Shown here in pieces: positions 13,587-27,186 of a stretch of 64,000 nt of DNA (within the stretch, counting starts at the first letter, position 1; the number at the start of each line of letters is the position of its first letter). The DNA lies in NCBI GenBank assembly GCA_048128005.1, contig JBEUKZ010000058.1, positions 62,001-126,000 on the forward strand, in the 5' to 3' direction. Below the pieces are notes generated by a model. It saw nothing but the letters and a program-made list of their open reading frames with translations, was not told the DNA's origin and ran no database searches. The DNA comes from Veleropilina oligotropha. Taxonomy: Eukaryota. A program made the position numbers and the translations under genes.

Positions 13587-14838
13587 CAGTGGATTCCACT
13601 TTAATAATTGCATAACGCTTGATTGCATATTTAGGATATTTGCATAAAATCTTCAGGAACAGAATCGTTGACTATTATTATCATATGCAAATAAGCGCTT
13701 AATTGCATTCATAATTACCGGATTTTCGCTTATTTGCATAAGAAATTTTAACTGCATAATATAAAAAAACCATACATAATTGATAATAAAATCATGAAAT
13801 TGATCAAAATACTTGTGTATTTGCCAGTATGTCGTGCTATGCCATCGTAAAGATGTTTATTCAACAGTAACATTCGAAGTTTAACCATTTCTGCAACCTC
13901 GTGGGTTTCAAAATAATTTTTACTTCCGGAAAAAGTCGGAACTGATAGTTCGGTAAACATCGTTTCAGTGCAGAAATGTTACGGAAATGAGCGATGTCAA
14001 TCGAGGATATTATGGGATGGCGAATATCGATCGATAAAGTAGATAATCGGATTAAAAATCTAATTTCCCCAAGTGCAAATGACAGACTTTGGGGTTTATC
14101 TGAATGCAAAATCAAAGATGGGCTTACGAATCGATGTAAAATGTGCCGTTACATGTATTCATGTGAACACCACTTAGTTTGCCGATAAATAACATAATTA
14201 TAAGACAACACAGCGTGTCTTTTCTCACAAAATAAAAATATTATCTCCCTTGATTTATTTTCGTAAACGTAGCATCGTCGTTGAGAACTAGGGTGATTTA
14301 ATTATTATTCTAATTTATATATGAAGACGTCTTATAAGTTTTTATATATCATAATATACTGAAATAATTAAATATCGCTAGAAATAATTATTCAATAATT
14401 GTAAAAACAAATAGATTCGAGATTAAAACAGGCTAAATTTTCAACATGGCGGCCGATAACGCGACACGTGTTCAGCAGAAGAGAATCGTTCAAAATATTA
14501 ATTTCCACACCATAGTAATCTATGAAATGCGACGATACGCTTTCGAAACATATATCAATTCTACTGAAACAGGCTAGTGACCTTCAGGTCAGAATAGCCA
14601 CAAAATATTGTGTATACATTATGTGGAAGGAAAAATACATAACGCATTCTACTTTGCAAATAAATTTATTACCAGGAAATATATTTATAATAAAGAACCA
14701 TTTTAAATACAAGTAATTATCATCGATCATTTCTGGCCAAAAACAATTTCCGAAATTTACCGAACGGTTAACTCATAATCCGGTTAATTGCATAAATAAT
14801 CGCGGCAATCTCGCTATGCAAATAAGCGGAATCCACTG
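13587..14838. mobile_element. Tc1/pogo(Tigger)-like MITE
   Basis: TIR cagtggattcc / ggaatccactg followed by TA; subterminal cgcttatttgcata repeats; non-coding. Confidence 0.75.
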
Positions 14839-15061
14839 TATAATGAAGACCACTTATATCTGTGAAAAATTCCTGGCACTCTGGAATCTAAATCCGGTAG
14901 TTAACATCAATGGTCCAGGTTAAGAATTACAAAAGTAACGCTGCTGCCTTTTGGCAAGATAATTTCTCTTGGTGTTATGTATCTTTATGTAACATTACTT
15001 TTTGGAAATGCTATAAGTAACATTTTCTGGTCACAAAGTAATCTGTTTTATTTGTTGACAG

Positions 15062-15134
15062 CTCCTGCTAAGAGGGGACCAGCCAAGAAGAAAGTGGAAG
15101 TGTCAAGTGACAGTGAAATTAGTGCTAGCTCAAG
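15062..15134 (+). CDS. HDGFL2/PSIP1-like exon (PAKRGPAKKKVEVSSDSEISASS)
   Basis: ttgacag acceptor, gtaact donor, 73 nt, phase 1/2. Confidence 0.85.
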
Positions 15135-15310
15135 GTAACTGCTCTCTGTCGGAGATAGATTCACATTATATAAGTATTATGTTGGGCCGAGTGGATTGAA
15201 GCGATGCTCCAAATTTTCTCTTACTGAACGTGATGTCTTCGCTGGCTTTGAACTCGAAACCAACTAACAGCTTCAGTTAAGATGCCGCCATGATTATTGA
15301 TCTGTTTCAG

Positions 15311-15409
15311 TGAAGAGTCAGAAGAAGAGAATAATGTCAGTAGCTGGAAGAAAAAGGACCAAGAGCGGAAGGAGTTGATAGCGAAGAAGCTGAAAGAGGA
15401 AGCAGAGAA
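15311..15409 (+). CDS. HDGFL2/PSIP1-like exon (EESEEENNVSSWKKKDQERKELIAKKLKEEAE)
   Basis: tgtttcag acceptor, gtgagt donor, 99 nt, phase 2/2; resembles the HDGFL2 'ISEWKRRDE' segment. Confidence 0.85.
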
Positions 15410-17150
15410 GTGAGTCTATCGTGTTGGGTTATGCATATCGCATAATCGCATAATCGCACTTTTCCAACAGGTGTAGACTATGCTGGGGAGGAGTAGATCA
15501 TGTGGGCTATACTGTGGAGGAGGAGATCGTGTGGGCTAGGGTGAGGAGTAGATCATGTGGGCTATGCGGAGTAAAAATAAAAATTTCCCCCAAAAATGCG
15601 ACTTCATGAAAAGTATAATTTTCAAAAAATGTGATTTTATTAAAAAAAACAAAATGAGAATGTATTAAAAAAAAAGATCCCAAAATATGCAATTTCATCA
15701 AAAAATAAAAACACAAAAATCCCAATAAAATGCATTTTCAACAATGAAAAGCTATTTTTGGAAACAGCCTTGACTGAAGCAGCTAGGACATAGTTCACGA
15801 GGCAAAATATATTTAGTATTTTTGACTTAACATTGAATACTCTATTTATTAAATAAAAGTGTTTGTTATCAATTTAATAACGTTAGCATTGTATAGCAAT
15901 GAATATTTTTATGAAAGAATGAACGAGCGCTCTGTTGACATTCTAATGTTGAAAGTATTTCGCCATTATAACGTCGTCATAGACAGTGTTTCTATGGCGT
16001 TCCGTTATGATGCAAAATATGGAAATTATATATGAGTGAATTACCGATTAATAATATAATAATAATACTAACAAGTGCTATCGATATAGCGGTATCCCCC
16101 GCGGTAAAGCATTTTGTCAATATATGCAGGAAATAGATTTAGTACAATGTTTTGATAGTGTGGAGATTTTTGATTGAAATTCGTCTTTAATCCCTAGATC
16201 TATCAACCAGCATATACATGTATAAAATATATCTTGAGCAGCACACATGCACTAATTGAATAACTTTGTCCAAATTTGCAAATGTAACACATTATTTGTG
16301 TTAAATTAATCAAACTTTATATGTCCAAATACACGAATTTAATACAGTTTTGTGTTAAAATGAATGCAACATCACTGCCAGAGCAGCATGTAGCATCACA
16401 AAGTCAACCCATATGCATTCACTGAAATAAATTTAACCAGAAACTTTAAATAAAATTTCACAGAATATTTAAATGTAACAATAGCAGGTAACAACTTTGA
16501 AGCATACACCAATGCATATATATGCTTGCAACAACATGTCTTGATCAATATGCGGTAATTGAATAACTTAAGCCGAAAATGTGTACTAAATTTCTATGTT
16601 GAAAAACATTTTATTTTATTTTAAATTGTATTAAATATCACTTCCAGAATAGCAGGTAGTGTATGCATTAAAAAAGTGCTTTACTAAACCTATATGCAAT
16701 AATCGAAAAACTAACCTAAAAAATGTAGCTAAATATTTTATATAAGAAACATCGATTTCACAAATTATTTATATTAAATTTTGTTCAATATCACTGCCAG
16801 GCTAGCAGCTAACATCAATAGAGCCAGCAACAAAGCATATGTGCAATGAAAAAAGTGCAATGAGCATTGCATAAGCACTCTTTGCAAAACTTAACTATAT
16901 TTTTATGTCCCAAAACACCAATTTCATGCATTATTTATATAAAATTATAATGTAAATCATTGCCAGAGTATCAGGTCACATCCATATAACCATTACTAAA
17001 GCTTGTATATGCCGAAATGTTCCTTGAGCAATCGATATACACTCAAAGAAAAACTTGAACCAAAAATTTGAACCGAAAAATGTCTATGTATAAAGTGGGT
17101 TTTTTTCCACAAAATAAATAAAAAATCTTTTCGTTTTTGGTTCCAGCTAA

Positions 17151-19105
17151 AGGCTATTCCATTTGAATTCGTATCCCCCCCAAGGGCGGCAGCTCAATTG
17201 TTAATTCCAAGGTGGTTGGTATCAGGAATTTGAGAAATTCCATGGTGGTTGGTATCGGGAATTTGCGAAATTTCAGGGTGGTTGGGGTGGTGAAGTTTCG
17301 CTGCTATATATGAAGGGTGGTTGGTAACTTGAAACTTATATTATTTTAGAAGGGTGGGTGGTCAGAAATGTGTATGATGCATAGGTTGTCGTTTGGTATT
17401 CATGTAATAATTCATGTATGATGTCGATGCTGTGTCGTATCCATTTCACAATGTCAGAAACTATTTAATTATTGTTACTTGTGTAAATACGACGTAATAA
17501 ACTATTTATTTAACTACTGTTACTTGCCTTTATGTTAATGAATAAACCTTATTTTCACCTTGCTTTTTCAACTTTATTCCGTTATAAGTCCGCCGAAACC
17601 CTGTCAAACTTCCGTCAGCCATGCTTGTTCGTCAGGGAGTTCTGGGTCGAGTTCAATGAAAGCTAACGTTACCTTTTACGCTTTTTGATATAACGAACGC
17701 CAGTTGACACTTCAGTTACTGCAAGTACTAATAGCTACATAGCCATCTTAAAATTAATTAACCACGGTGACCCTGATTTTCAACCAAAGTTGTTATTTTG
17801 GATCACAGGATGAAGAAACAGTTATCTAAAATACCAAAATGTTGAAATACTATGCTATTCTGTCACATCAATTTTATCTTGTATTATGTTTACTTAACAT
17901 TTAAACTAACATAATAATATATTATGCGAAATAAAACAAGTTACTAAAAGCAATATTTTGTTTTTATTTATATTGATATGATATACTTCAGGTAATTCAA
18001 TGATTGCCAATGTGCTGTCATGAAAGTTTTAATCACAACACTGAACACATTTCTTGATAATTGACTTACTGTCATCACAATTAATTCATTAACCGTGTGC
18101 TGATTAATAATCAGTTGAATGGAAAATAGCCTAGGCTCTAAACTTATGTGTAGTTGAGCACATACTCTGCAGCCATGTTGTGTTAGCTGACTGTTCTCTT
18201 TCCGTTCTCTGTACTTTTGTTCAGATGATCGTTCAAATTGAATAATTAAGCAACGTTAGCCACCGTTCACTGTCATTGAACGCACCCATGGTCTCGCAGA
18301 AAACGGGACTTCATTCAATTTCTAAATTCTTATAAATTGTTTATTTTTTTATTTTTGTTCGCACTCAAAAGCTATGAATCGACCTAAACTTCGCATGCCC
18401 CAGCATCGTAAACTGTCGCCTGTTTGGAAACTATGTCACCTATTTATAACTACGAATTCATCTGCTGCAGTGGTAGATGTCGTGAATCCGTATTGTGCGC
18501 ATGCACGACGAACTCATGTCGCTATTCACCAACCAGATGCCAGCTTCATGAAGACAGCTAATGTTATGTGAATGCATTAGGTTTCGTCATAGGTTTATAT
18601 CCAATGGAATTGTCGCTATATATGGATGCTACTGAAATCTCGTGAAGTCATGCTTTCATATGAGATCAAGCTTACCCAAAACAAACATGGATGAAGGAAA
18701 TTCGACCAGTTTAAATACAGTACGAAATCAATCTTTCGAGCGATAAAATGACTTATAACGGAATAAAATTATGCAAGCAATGCATGAAAAGGTCGTTTAT
18801 TCACATATACATATATACAGGCAAGTAAAAACAAAAACAGACATTAATTCATAAACAGTAGTGGTTTATAGACATAATTATTTACGGCATAAACATGTTT
18901 CCCCATGTTTTTCATGTTTACGAAATTTGCGAACGAATCCCTTAAAAATGCAGCGTGGTTACTCGATGCCATTTTTATTATTGAAGGGTGGTTGTCACAC
19001 AGAGTTAAAAAAATTAATAAACGGTGGTTACAGATAACAATTTGCTGATATTGAGGGAGGTTTTTTCTGCCGTTGGGGGGGATACGAATTTAAATGGAAC
19101 AGCCC
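17151..19105. mobile_element. PIF/Harbinger-like non-autonomous DNA transposon
   Basis: ~40-bp TIR aggctattccatttgaattcgtatccccccc / gggggggatacgaatttaaatggaacagccc; TAA TSD at 17148-50 and 19106-08. Confidence 0.85.
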
Positions 19106-19874
19106 TAAAGGCTAAACATGTCTACTTTCCATCTAAATAGGTTTGATCGAGTTATTCATCCATTAAATGCATGTAATACCTCATCCAACTCCCTCTGGGA
19201 GCATTAGTCAAATATATGCTTATTTCCTTGCCCAAGTGAAATCACCGAGCTCTGGGGGCGAACGCAAGACTGTGACCAGAGTCCTGTGAACAACCCACTG
19301 AGCCACGTGTATAATTTTAATGAATAACAGCACCATTTATGTAATAAATAATCTTACCTAACTCGTGACACTAATATACTGAGAAGCGAGTGTACTGTGC
19401 AAGCTAGTATAACCTTACCTAACTTGTGGCACTGATATTTTGAGGACTGTAAATGACTATTTTCGAGGGTATCAATTTCGTGGTTATCCTTAAAATGGCA
19501 TTTTCGAGGGCTTGTAATTTCATGGATTTCGAATTTTGAAATATAATAAATTATATATATGCAATGTGTAATTCTCACAAGCCATTGTAAGATAAAGCCA
19601 ATACTGTCGCCCTCAGTTTTGTTTATGATTCTAAGCTTAATCACAAAATCAGATTTAATTTAGCTGCTCACTGAAAATGATTTCACATTGAAAGACTGGA
19701 CAATGTCGTTGTCGCCATGTTAACAGGGTCTTGAAAACCTCAAAACTGAAGCTGATTCATGCAAATTGGATTATCCCCGAGCACCAGAAAGTATATCAAT
19801 GCAAGCATTTTATAACAAATGGTTTACCAAAATGAGACTAATTGACAATAAAATGTTGTATGTAGTTACAAACT

Positions 19875-20076
19875 TACTTACGTCCTTACTCTTGCCATAA
19901 TAGTAATATTATCGCTAACCGGAAACAGTGAATAAGTCACATTATGCACTCTTTATAAGTCAAAACGTACCACGATCACCTCCCCTGCTCCCGCTCTCCT
20001 AAGTTCCCCCAGCGAGATCTCGCCAAGTCTCGCGAGACTTCCGAAGCATCGAAGTCACAAGACCTCATTCAAAGTT
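19875..20076 (+). repeat. DIRS copy 1 left ITR
   Basis: Reverse complement of 26984-27186; one 1-nt indel seen. Confidence 0.95.
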
Positions 20077-20849
20077 TTCCGCGAAAACGGAAAGACGTGT
20101 TTTTTTGCTCCGCAAATCTTTCGACTTTGTCTTCGATTTTTAAGACGCTAATGCGTTAAGATCGAGGGCTATTATCGACAACTTTATAATAAGTTGTGAA
20201 GGATTATAACCCTGTGTTGTGGATATATATAAACACATGTGAATAGTGTTGATCTCGTTGATTTGAAGATTCGAAGTTCTAGAAAATCACCTGAAACCGA
20301 CATCGCCGCTGTTGCAGGGAAAAGCATGGCCGCCTAGAGGGGAAAATTCGTAATTAAGAAGAAGTTTCTGGTCGGTATTATTATCTGATATTGTTTGAGA
20401 CTGCAAACAGGTAACTCATTATATTGGATAATTCCTTAACGACGCTATTGCTGGTTATTATTGTATAAAACTTCTAGCGTCGTTAATAGGCAGGATCGTT
20501 TAGATATCACGCTTGCGTTTTTCTGTTATCCTGCCGTTTCTGGGATAATACACAATTGTACTAACATAAAAACATCCACGAGGTTTTCAGGTGTTTTTCT
20601 GGGCGGTTTTTTCTAAGAGAGAACCCCCGTTTGTTCTAGTCAATTTGCCTGGTTTTTTACCGGGTCGTGTCGGGTAAATACCCGGCCTCGGTGTTCCCAG
20701 CTCGGGTTTTTTGCGGTATATCGTCTGATCTTTGATCTTCAGATCAGGGCAATTTTTAAGAGTTGTCGTAGTAAATAGTCACAACTACCAAATATATACT
20801 TTTCACTACCCCGTTCCGCCCACTACTACCCTCCCGTGTATTCAGGGAG

Positions 20850-20930
20850 AGGGATGTATGGTCCGGTGCAACTCCGGGTGTAACCCGTAGTTTCACGGAT
20901 TTCTAGGCGCACGGAATGCCGTGTTCACCG

Positions 20931-20965
<35 letters not shown>

Positions 20966-23900
20966 GTGAACTGTGCCTAGATTTAACAGCAGGCAGTGGG
21001 CGAGCGTATATCCACCGAGGTGCGGACCACGGTGGGTTCTCCCCCGAGATTGGACAAAATGGTAGGTTAACGGGAATTAACGTTTTTTTGTCTACTTCAG
21101 GGGTCGCTGGACGACAGTCGACCTTAAAAGGGGCCGTCTGTCGCCGATTCTACCGGCGTCACCTCCGCGACTCATAGGGAGTCGCCGTAACCTTGCCGGG
21201 ACCCTAGATTCAGGTAGGAGCCCGAGTGCTGTTCGATCCTCCTAAAACGGGCCTAGTAACTGCAGCCAACCATACCTTGCCGGCTAGCATGGTATATCTG
21301 GCAACGCAGCGAACCGCTGAACAGGGCAGACAATCCCCATCCTTTTCTTCGGCCTCGAAGAATAAGGGGACAGTTAGTCCTTCTGCGGGAAACTCACCGT
21401 CTTCCTACGGTGACAGACTCAATGCAGAGAAAGCCTTTAAAGAGGCCGGGCACCTACTTGTAGGTCTAAGACTCGGACAATCGGCGACACCTGAATCCTC
21501 GTTCGAGACCGACGCGACTACCCCTAAGGGTTTTCCGCTCAACCTCGATGCTCACGAGCTTTTCAGAGGGCCCGTTCTCTCCCGTGCACCCACGATGGTC
21601 ACGCTAGAGAACGTGGACAGACCGGCTGCGTTCGGGACGGGGTTCTACGGCGGTTTTCCGACCGTGCCTCTCTCGAACAGAGTGGTAGACCGATACGGAC
21701 TGTTGCCGCAGTCCTACCGGTCGTCCGGCCCACCGAACCTGCCTTCGGGCCGTTCTTTCGGGTTCGACCACTCGACACGTGTCCCGAGACCCTAAAACAA
21801 GGGTTCTCGGCTACACCTGTCCATGCAGCCCGTCTACCTAGCGCCACGGTGTATTCGACCGAACTACCGGCTGTTAGTTCGACGCCCGTCATGCCTCCGG
21901 GTTTCTCTTTCGAGAACGTCCAGGCTATGTTCGCGGCGGAGTTCGAGTCCCGATGTCGGGCCTGGCAACCGGCTTCCTAGCCGCTCCAGGTACCTACACC
22001 TCTGCCTGTGGCGCAGAGCACGGCTCCTGCCTCCGTGGTGGGGATCGAACCTCGTTCCGACGAGGACCTCGACTCCACTCACTCCGACCTCCCTGTATCG
22101 GTCGGGCCCGAAGACGCTGGTAGTCTTCCAGGCACGCAGGAGCCGACCTCCACCACCCGCCGAACTCGACGCTGTTGCGTCACTTCGCGGGGTGCTTGAC
22201 CTGCCGGAACCGACTCGGTCGTATGTAGGCCCGGTCAAGCACAGGACGGCGGCGCATCGGTTTGTTGAGAGGGAAGCCCCCTTGCTTCCTTCCTTACCTC
22301 AGTCTGGGCTGGTTGATCGGGTGTTGACTCGACAACCAAGCTCAGTCGGGGGCGCAATCCGGTGGAGTCCTCCCCACTGACCGAGTACCCTTCGGGGTTC
22401 CGTAGTGGGAGGTACCTCCGGGCCAGTTCGCGTTCGATCCCGTTCGCATGTACTGGTCCGTGCCTGGCGACTGTGCCGGCTCGTGTTGACGCAGCGTTGC
22501 GTTGACTGACCGCCAGTCACACTCCCTCTGTAGCGAGAGTTCCTGGGTTCGCCTTGGAAGCTTTCGAGAGCTCCGCCCGATGGGCTCTGCGGCTGTCGTC
22601 CGTTCAGGATTTTTTCCTAGACGGGGCGATAGCCGTATTACAGGAGGATGGACCCGGCGCCCGTGGGCTGCCCTGTCCTTCCTCCAGGAGGTTGCTGCCG
22701 TTATGGAGACCAACGCGTTGGAGACGGGACGTGTCCTGGGTAACGCATTCCTACTTCGTAGGGTCGCTTACCTTGAAGGCACCTCGCTAGACGGGGCCAC
22801 CCGGCGCTCGTTGCGATGCGTGCCTTGCTCGGCCACCACTCTTTTTGGCGACAACTTTACGGAGTTCGTCGACAAGAGAGCGGCGGACATGAAGGACCGT
22901 GCCATCGAGACGGCGGTACTGCACCCTACCCGGGGTCCACCTGCCGACTCGAGGAAGCGCTCAGGGCCCACCCGGACCCCGAAGCCTTCCAAGCGTGCAA
23001 AGCCCTCTTCGGGTGGTAGGCCCCCGGCCATTAACCCACTCCGAGGAGGCGAGCACCTCCAACAAGCTCCCGTCAGAGCGGGAGAGGGAAGCCTCGGCCC
23101 TCGGGCTGCCGGCACACACGACAGTCCCAGCTGCCCGCTTCCGCCGGTGGAAGCGTATCTGTTAGCGTACAGCCAGCCGTGGCTAGACTACCAGACAGTA
23201 GCTGGGTCCCTCCATCGTGAGTGCCGGATACAAGTTGGTTCAACCGGCATCCGACCCTAAACGAGGCACCACCACCAAGACACGCTCGCCTCCTAAACGG
23301 AGAGAAGCAAGCGGTCTTAGACCAGGCAGTGCGGGATTTGCTCCTAATAAGAGCGATATATCCCGCGCCGCCCAGCACACCAGGATAATACAGCCATTTC
23401 TTCCTGGTCCCGATTCCCGATGGCCGCTAACGACCGATCTTCGATCTCTCGTAACCTAATATCTTCGTACCGAGAAATTCCAGCAGAAAACCCTCTCGAA
23501 GATACGAGCGGCCATCCGTCCGGGCGACTGGGCAGTGTCTATTGATCTGACCGACGCGTATCTGCATGTCCCGATGCATGTCACGGCTCATCAGTACCTT
23601 CGGTTTATACACTGGGAGACGATCTACCAATTCAGGTGCCTACCGTTCGGTCTATCGTCTGCCCCTTACGTCTTCACGAGAACAGTACAGGCCCTAGGGG
23701 CCTTCCTACACTCTCTAGGGCACAGGGTACATATGTACCTCGACGACTGGCTGATCCTCGGGGCGTCCCGGGATCTGTGCCTCCGGTCTACGAGCTTTAC
23801 CCTGTCATCGACGAAGTGCCTGGGATTTCAGATCAACGAGCCAAAATCCTGCTTCGTGCCCTCGACGACGTTTACGTTCCTCGGAGTCGACTTCGATACG

Positions 23901-25960
23901 GTCCGGTACACCGCGAAGCCGACCCAGTAGCGTATGCGGAACCTACGCGCGGTTATCCAAGACACCCTGTCATCGGACGTAACTACAGCGCGACAACTGG
24001 CCACTGTCCTAGGGCACATCGAGTCGGTAGCGACCCTGCTACCGACGGGTCGCATGGACAAACGACCGTTGCAGCAGGCGTTCAGGGATCGCTGGATACA
24101 ACGGACGGGGCAGTGGACGGATCGCATCGATCTACGGCATTGGTTTACCAGCACAACAGCAGTGTGGTTGAACCCTGCTTTGCCGGACCAGTCGGTTCCT
24201 ATATCCCCGCCAGAGCCGAACGCTTACCTGTTCACAGACGCTTCGAACGACGGCTGGGGTGGTCACCTCGACAGTTACGAGACATCAGGCCTATGGCCGA
24301 CGGACCTTCAGGGACGACATATCAACTTCCTAGAGTTAGAAGCCGTTTACCTGTCAGTACGGTCCCTCTCGTCACATCTCCGCACCAAGCATATAATGCT
24401 CGCCACGGACAACACGACTGTCGTCGCTTACATCCAGCACCAGGGCGGCACTCGCTCGCGTCCCCTTTGCGACCGAGCAATAGACCTCCACCGCCTAGTG
24501 ATGTCCCTCAACTCGACGATTCGAGCCCGACACATCCCGGGAAAGCTGAATGTCAGAGCGGATTCGCTCTCTCGGAAATCACAGATAATACACACAGAGT
24601 GGACGCTACACAGCCGAGTAGCTCGGGATGTTTGCCCCCGGTGGTCGCAACCCCAAGTCGATCTGTTTGCAACAGAATTCATTTACCGACTACCTCTGTA
24701 TGTCTCCCCGTACCCAGACCCGGCCGCCTTAGCGGTCGCCGCACTGTCAATGACATGGGAGAATCTGTCCGCGTATGCCTTCCCCCCGTCGTGCATTCTA
24801 ACACTGGTATTTCAGAAGGCATCGACCGAACGTTGCTGATAACGCTAATCGCGCCCCTATATCGCACGCAACCTTGGTTTCCGACCCTCCTCGATCTGAT
24901 CGTCGACCGACCGTTATCGCTCCGCAGAGACCGGGCCGGTTAATGCAGACGCGCAGCCGTGTATTTCAACATCGCCGAACGACTTACGTTTACACGCCTG
25001 GCGGTTATCGAACGATCCCTTGCTAAGAAAAGTATTTCTCGCACAACAGCCCTACGCATCCCGATCGAGAAGGCTTCCACGACTAAAGTTTATGACTACC
25101 GATGGGTTAAGTACGTGGATTGGTGTCACAGTCGGCAGGTCAATATACTCCGCCCCCTGTGAACAAGTTTATTGAGTTTTTATCGTCGCTCTTTGAACGC
25201 GGTATGTCAGTGTCCGCCGTCAAAGCTATCGGGCAACGGTCGCGAGTGCCGTGCCCGTGGTAGCCTACCTAGCGACCGAACTATGTGGATTTCTGCGATC
25301 CCTCGAACTCAAATTTCGACCCGTACGCTTCGGCCAGCCTGAAACATCGCTCTCATTTCTTAACGCTCTCTTCTACCCGACTAGCCTATGGGCCCGTCCT
25401 CTATGAGGAACTTAACGCACAAAACAGGTTTTTCTGATCGCCTTAGCGTCGGGCAGGTGTTGTTCCGTATTTCATAGTCTAGGCAGAGCTACGAGACGTT
25501 CGTTTCCAGTCGACGGGTCGGTGATGCGGCGTCATATCTTGGGTTACCTCGCCAAGAATCAACGGCCGATCGACGACGCAACTGATATCGTTATCCCCTA
25601 GCGCTGGTCAGAGACCCGATGTGGACCGATGAATCTGTAATATGCGTGCCTACGTTACTACCTCGACAGGATCCGTGCTGCGTGGCAGAGAAAACTACGT
25701 ATATTTTATTCGTATTTACCTTCTTGTATCCGCGACATTTCATGGACGACTGTTCGCGGAGGTTTTCACAGGTAGTGAGAGACTTCTCTTCGCTGTGAAA
25801 AGTAGGCCGCCCGCACTTTTGTATCGTTCCGCGCACACGAGGTCCGTGTTTTCGCAGATTCACTTCTCAGCGTTGCCTCTCGAAAATGTCTTTATTAAGC
25901 CTTTTCTGGGGATTGTTCCATGCGGCTGATGGCTTGTGCAGTCTACATTGTAACTGCTCA
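20850..25960 (+). pseudogene. Degenerate DIRS gag / RT-RNaseH-MT / YR ORFs
   Basis: ORF pieces 21226..21795, 22502..23260, 23535..23930 (IDLTDAY, LPFG, YLDD), 23934..24839 (TDAS, LELEA, TDN, YAFPP); TAG at 23928-30; many small indels relative to copy 2. Confidence 0.9.
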
Positions 25961-26835
25961 ACGATGTATTGTTAGACCGAGGTCGTCTAATCAGTGAGTA
26001 TTATTTTGTTGATTGATCAATTTACATAATTCATGCTGACGCTTTGTTTTTTGTTGGCCTCGTTGTTCTATGAAATAGACACATTATGAGGCGATTCAAT
26101 GTCTGTTCATTTCTTAAAAACATTTTAAGATCTTGATACTTTCATGTCATACCTGAGTATATTGACAATGCCAGATTTCATTGAATTTAATAAACAAAAA
26201 TATTGCGACAAACTTATAAGATTTGAGGTTCAATATTATTGATGTTCTATGCTGTATAGACCATACGATGTTCAAGACATTGAAAAAATTTAATATTTGC
26301 TTCCTTTAAATTTATTTTAAGTAACATGTCGTACATATTTGCTCCTTAAAATTTTATTTTAAGTGACATGTCGTACATGTTAGCATTTCGCAAGTTGGTC
26401 ATGCGAATCAATTATTAATATCGATTATTTATTATAATCTATTAATTCTTTGCTTTTGATTTCACGCTTTCACAACCTATTAGGTTCCGTGTGCTTACAA
26501 ATCCGACTGCATCCTCTGGCTACCGGCCTTTGGCCAGGAGTACCTTTTGGCTGCCACTGGCCCATGACACGTAAGACCTACAGGGATTCATCCTTCCGGC
26601 CGTGCCTGGGGCTGATTGCACTTCCGTTCACCTCGTCCGACTAACACCACGGCGTATTCTCCCGGTAACACTGGTCGAAATTCTCGCTTGGTAAGAGTTG
26701 AATATAATTCTCAGTAAATTCCACTCTGGGCGGACACAATCGACGCTTCGAGCTGATTGACATGGTGAAAAGTAAGTCATTATCTTGTTTGGGTTTGCTG
26801 TAAGGAACTTCTTACCCACCTATCCAAGGTTATTC

Positions 26836-26925
26836 TGGCAAGAGTAAGGACGTAAGTAAGTTTGTAACTACATATGAGGTTTTAATTTAAACCTAATATT
26901 AGTTAAAACATACTTACGTCCTTAC
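26836..26925. repeat. DIRS copy 1 internal complementary region (ICR)
   Basis: First half is the reverse complement of the element 5' end; second half is the reverse complement of the 3' end. Confidence 0.95.
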
Positions 26926-26983
26926 CACGATTACCCACCCTGCTTCGCATTCCTCCCCTCTACTAAGTTCCTTTGGGGTTCTG

Positions 26984-27186
26984 AACTTTGAATTGAGGTC
27001 TTGTGACTTCGATGCTTCGGAAGTCTCGCGAGACTTGGCGAGATCTCGCTGGGGGAACTTAGGAGAGCGGGAGCAGGGGAGGTGATCGTGGTACGTTTTG
27101 ACTTATAAAGAGTGCATAATGTGACTTATTCACTGTTTCCGGTTAGCGATAATATTACTATTATGGCAAGAGTAAGGACGTAAGTA
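26984..27186 (-). repeat. DIRS copy 1 right ITR (followed by a ~39-nt right extension)
   Basis: Reverse complement of 19875-20076. Confidence 0.95.

Noticed and set aside
26480..26760. Hammerhead ribozyme in the DIRS 3' region
   Set aside because: No CUGAnGA...GAAA core with the required stems found by eye on either strand
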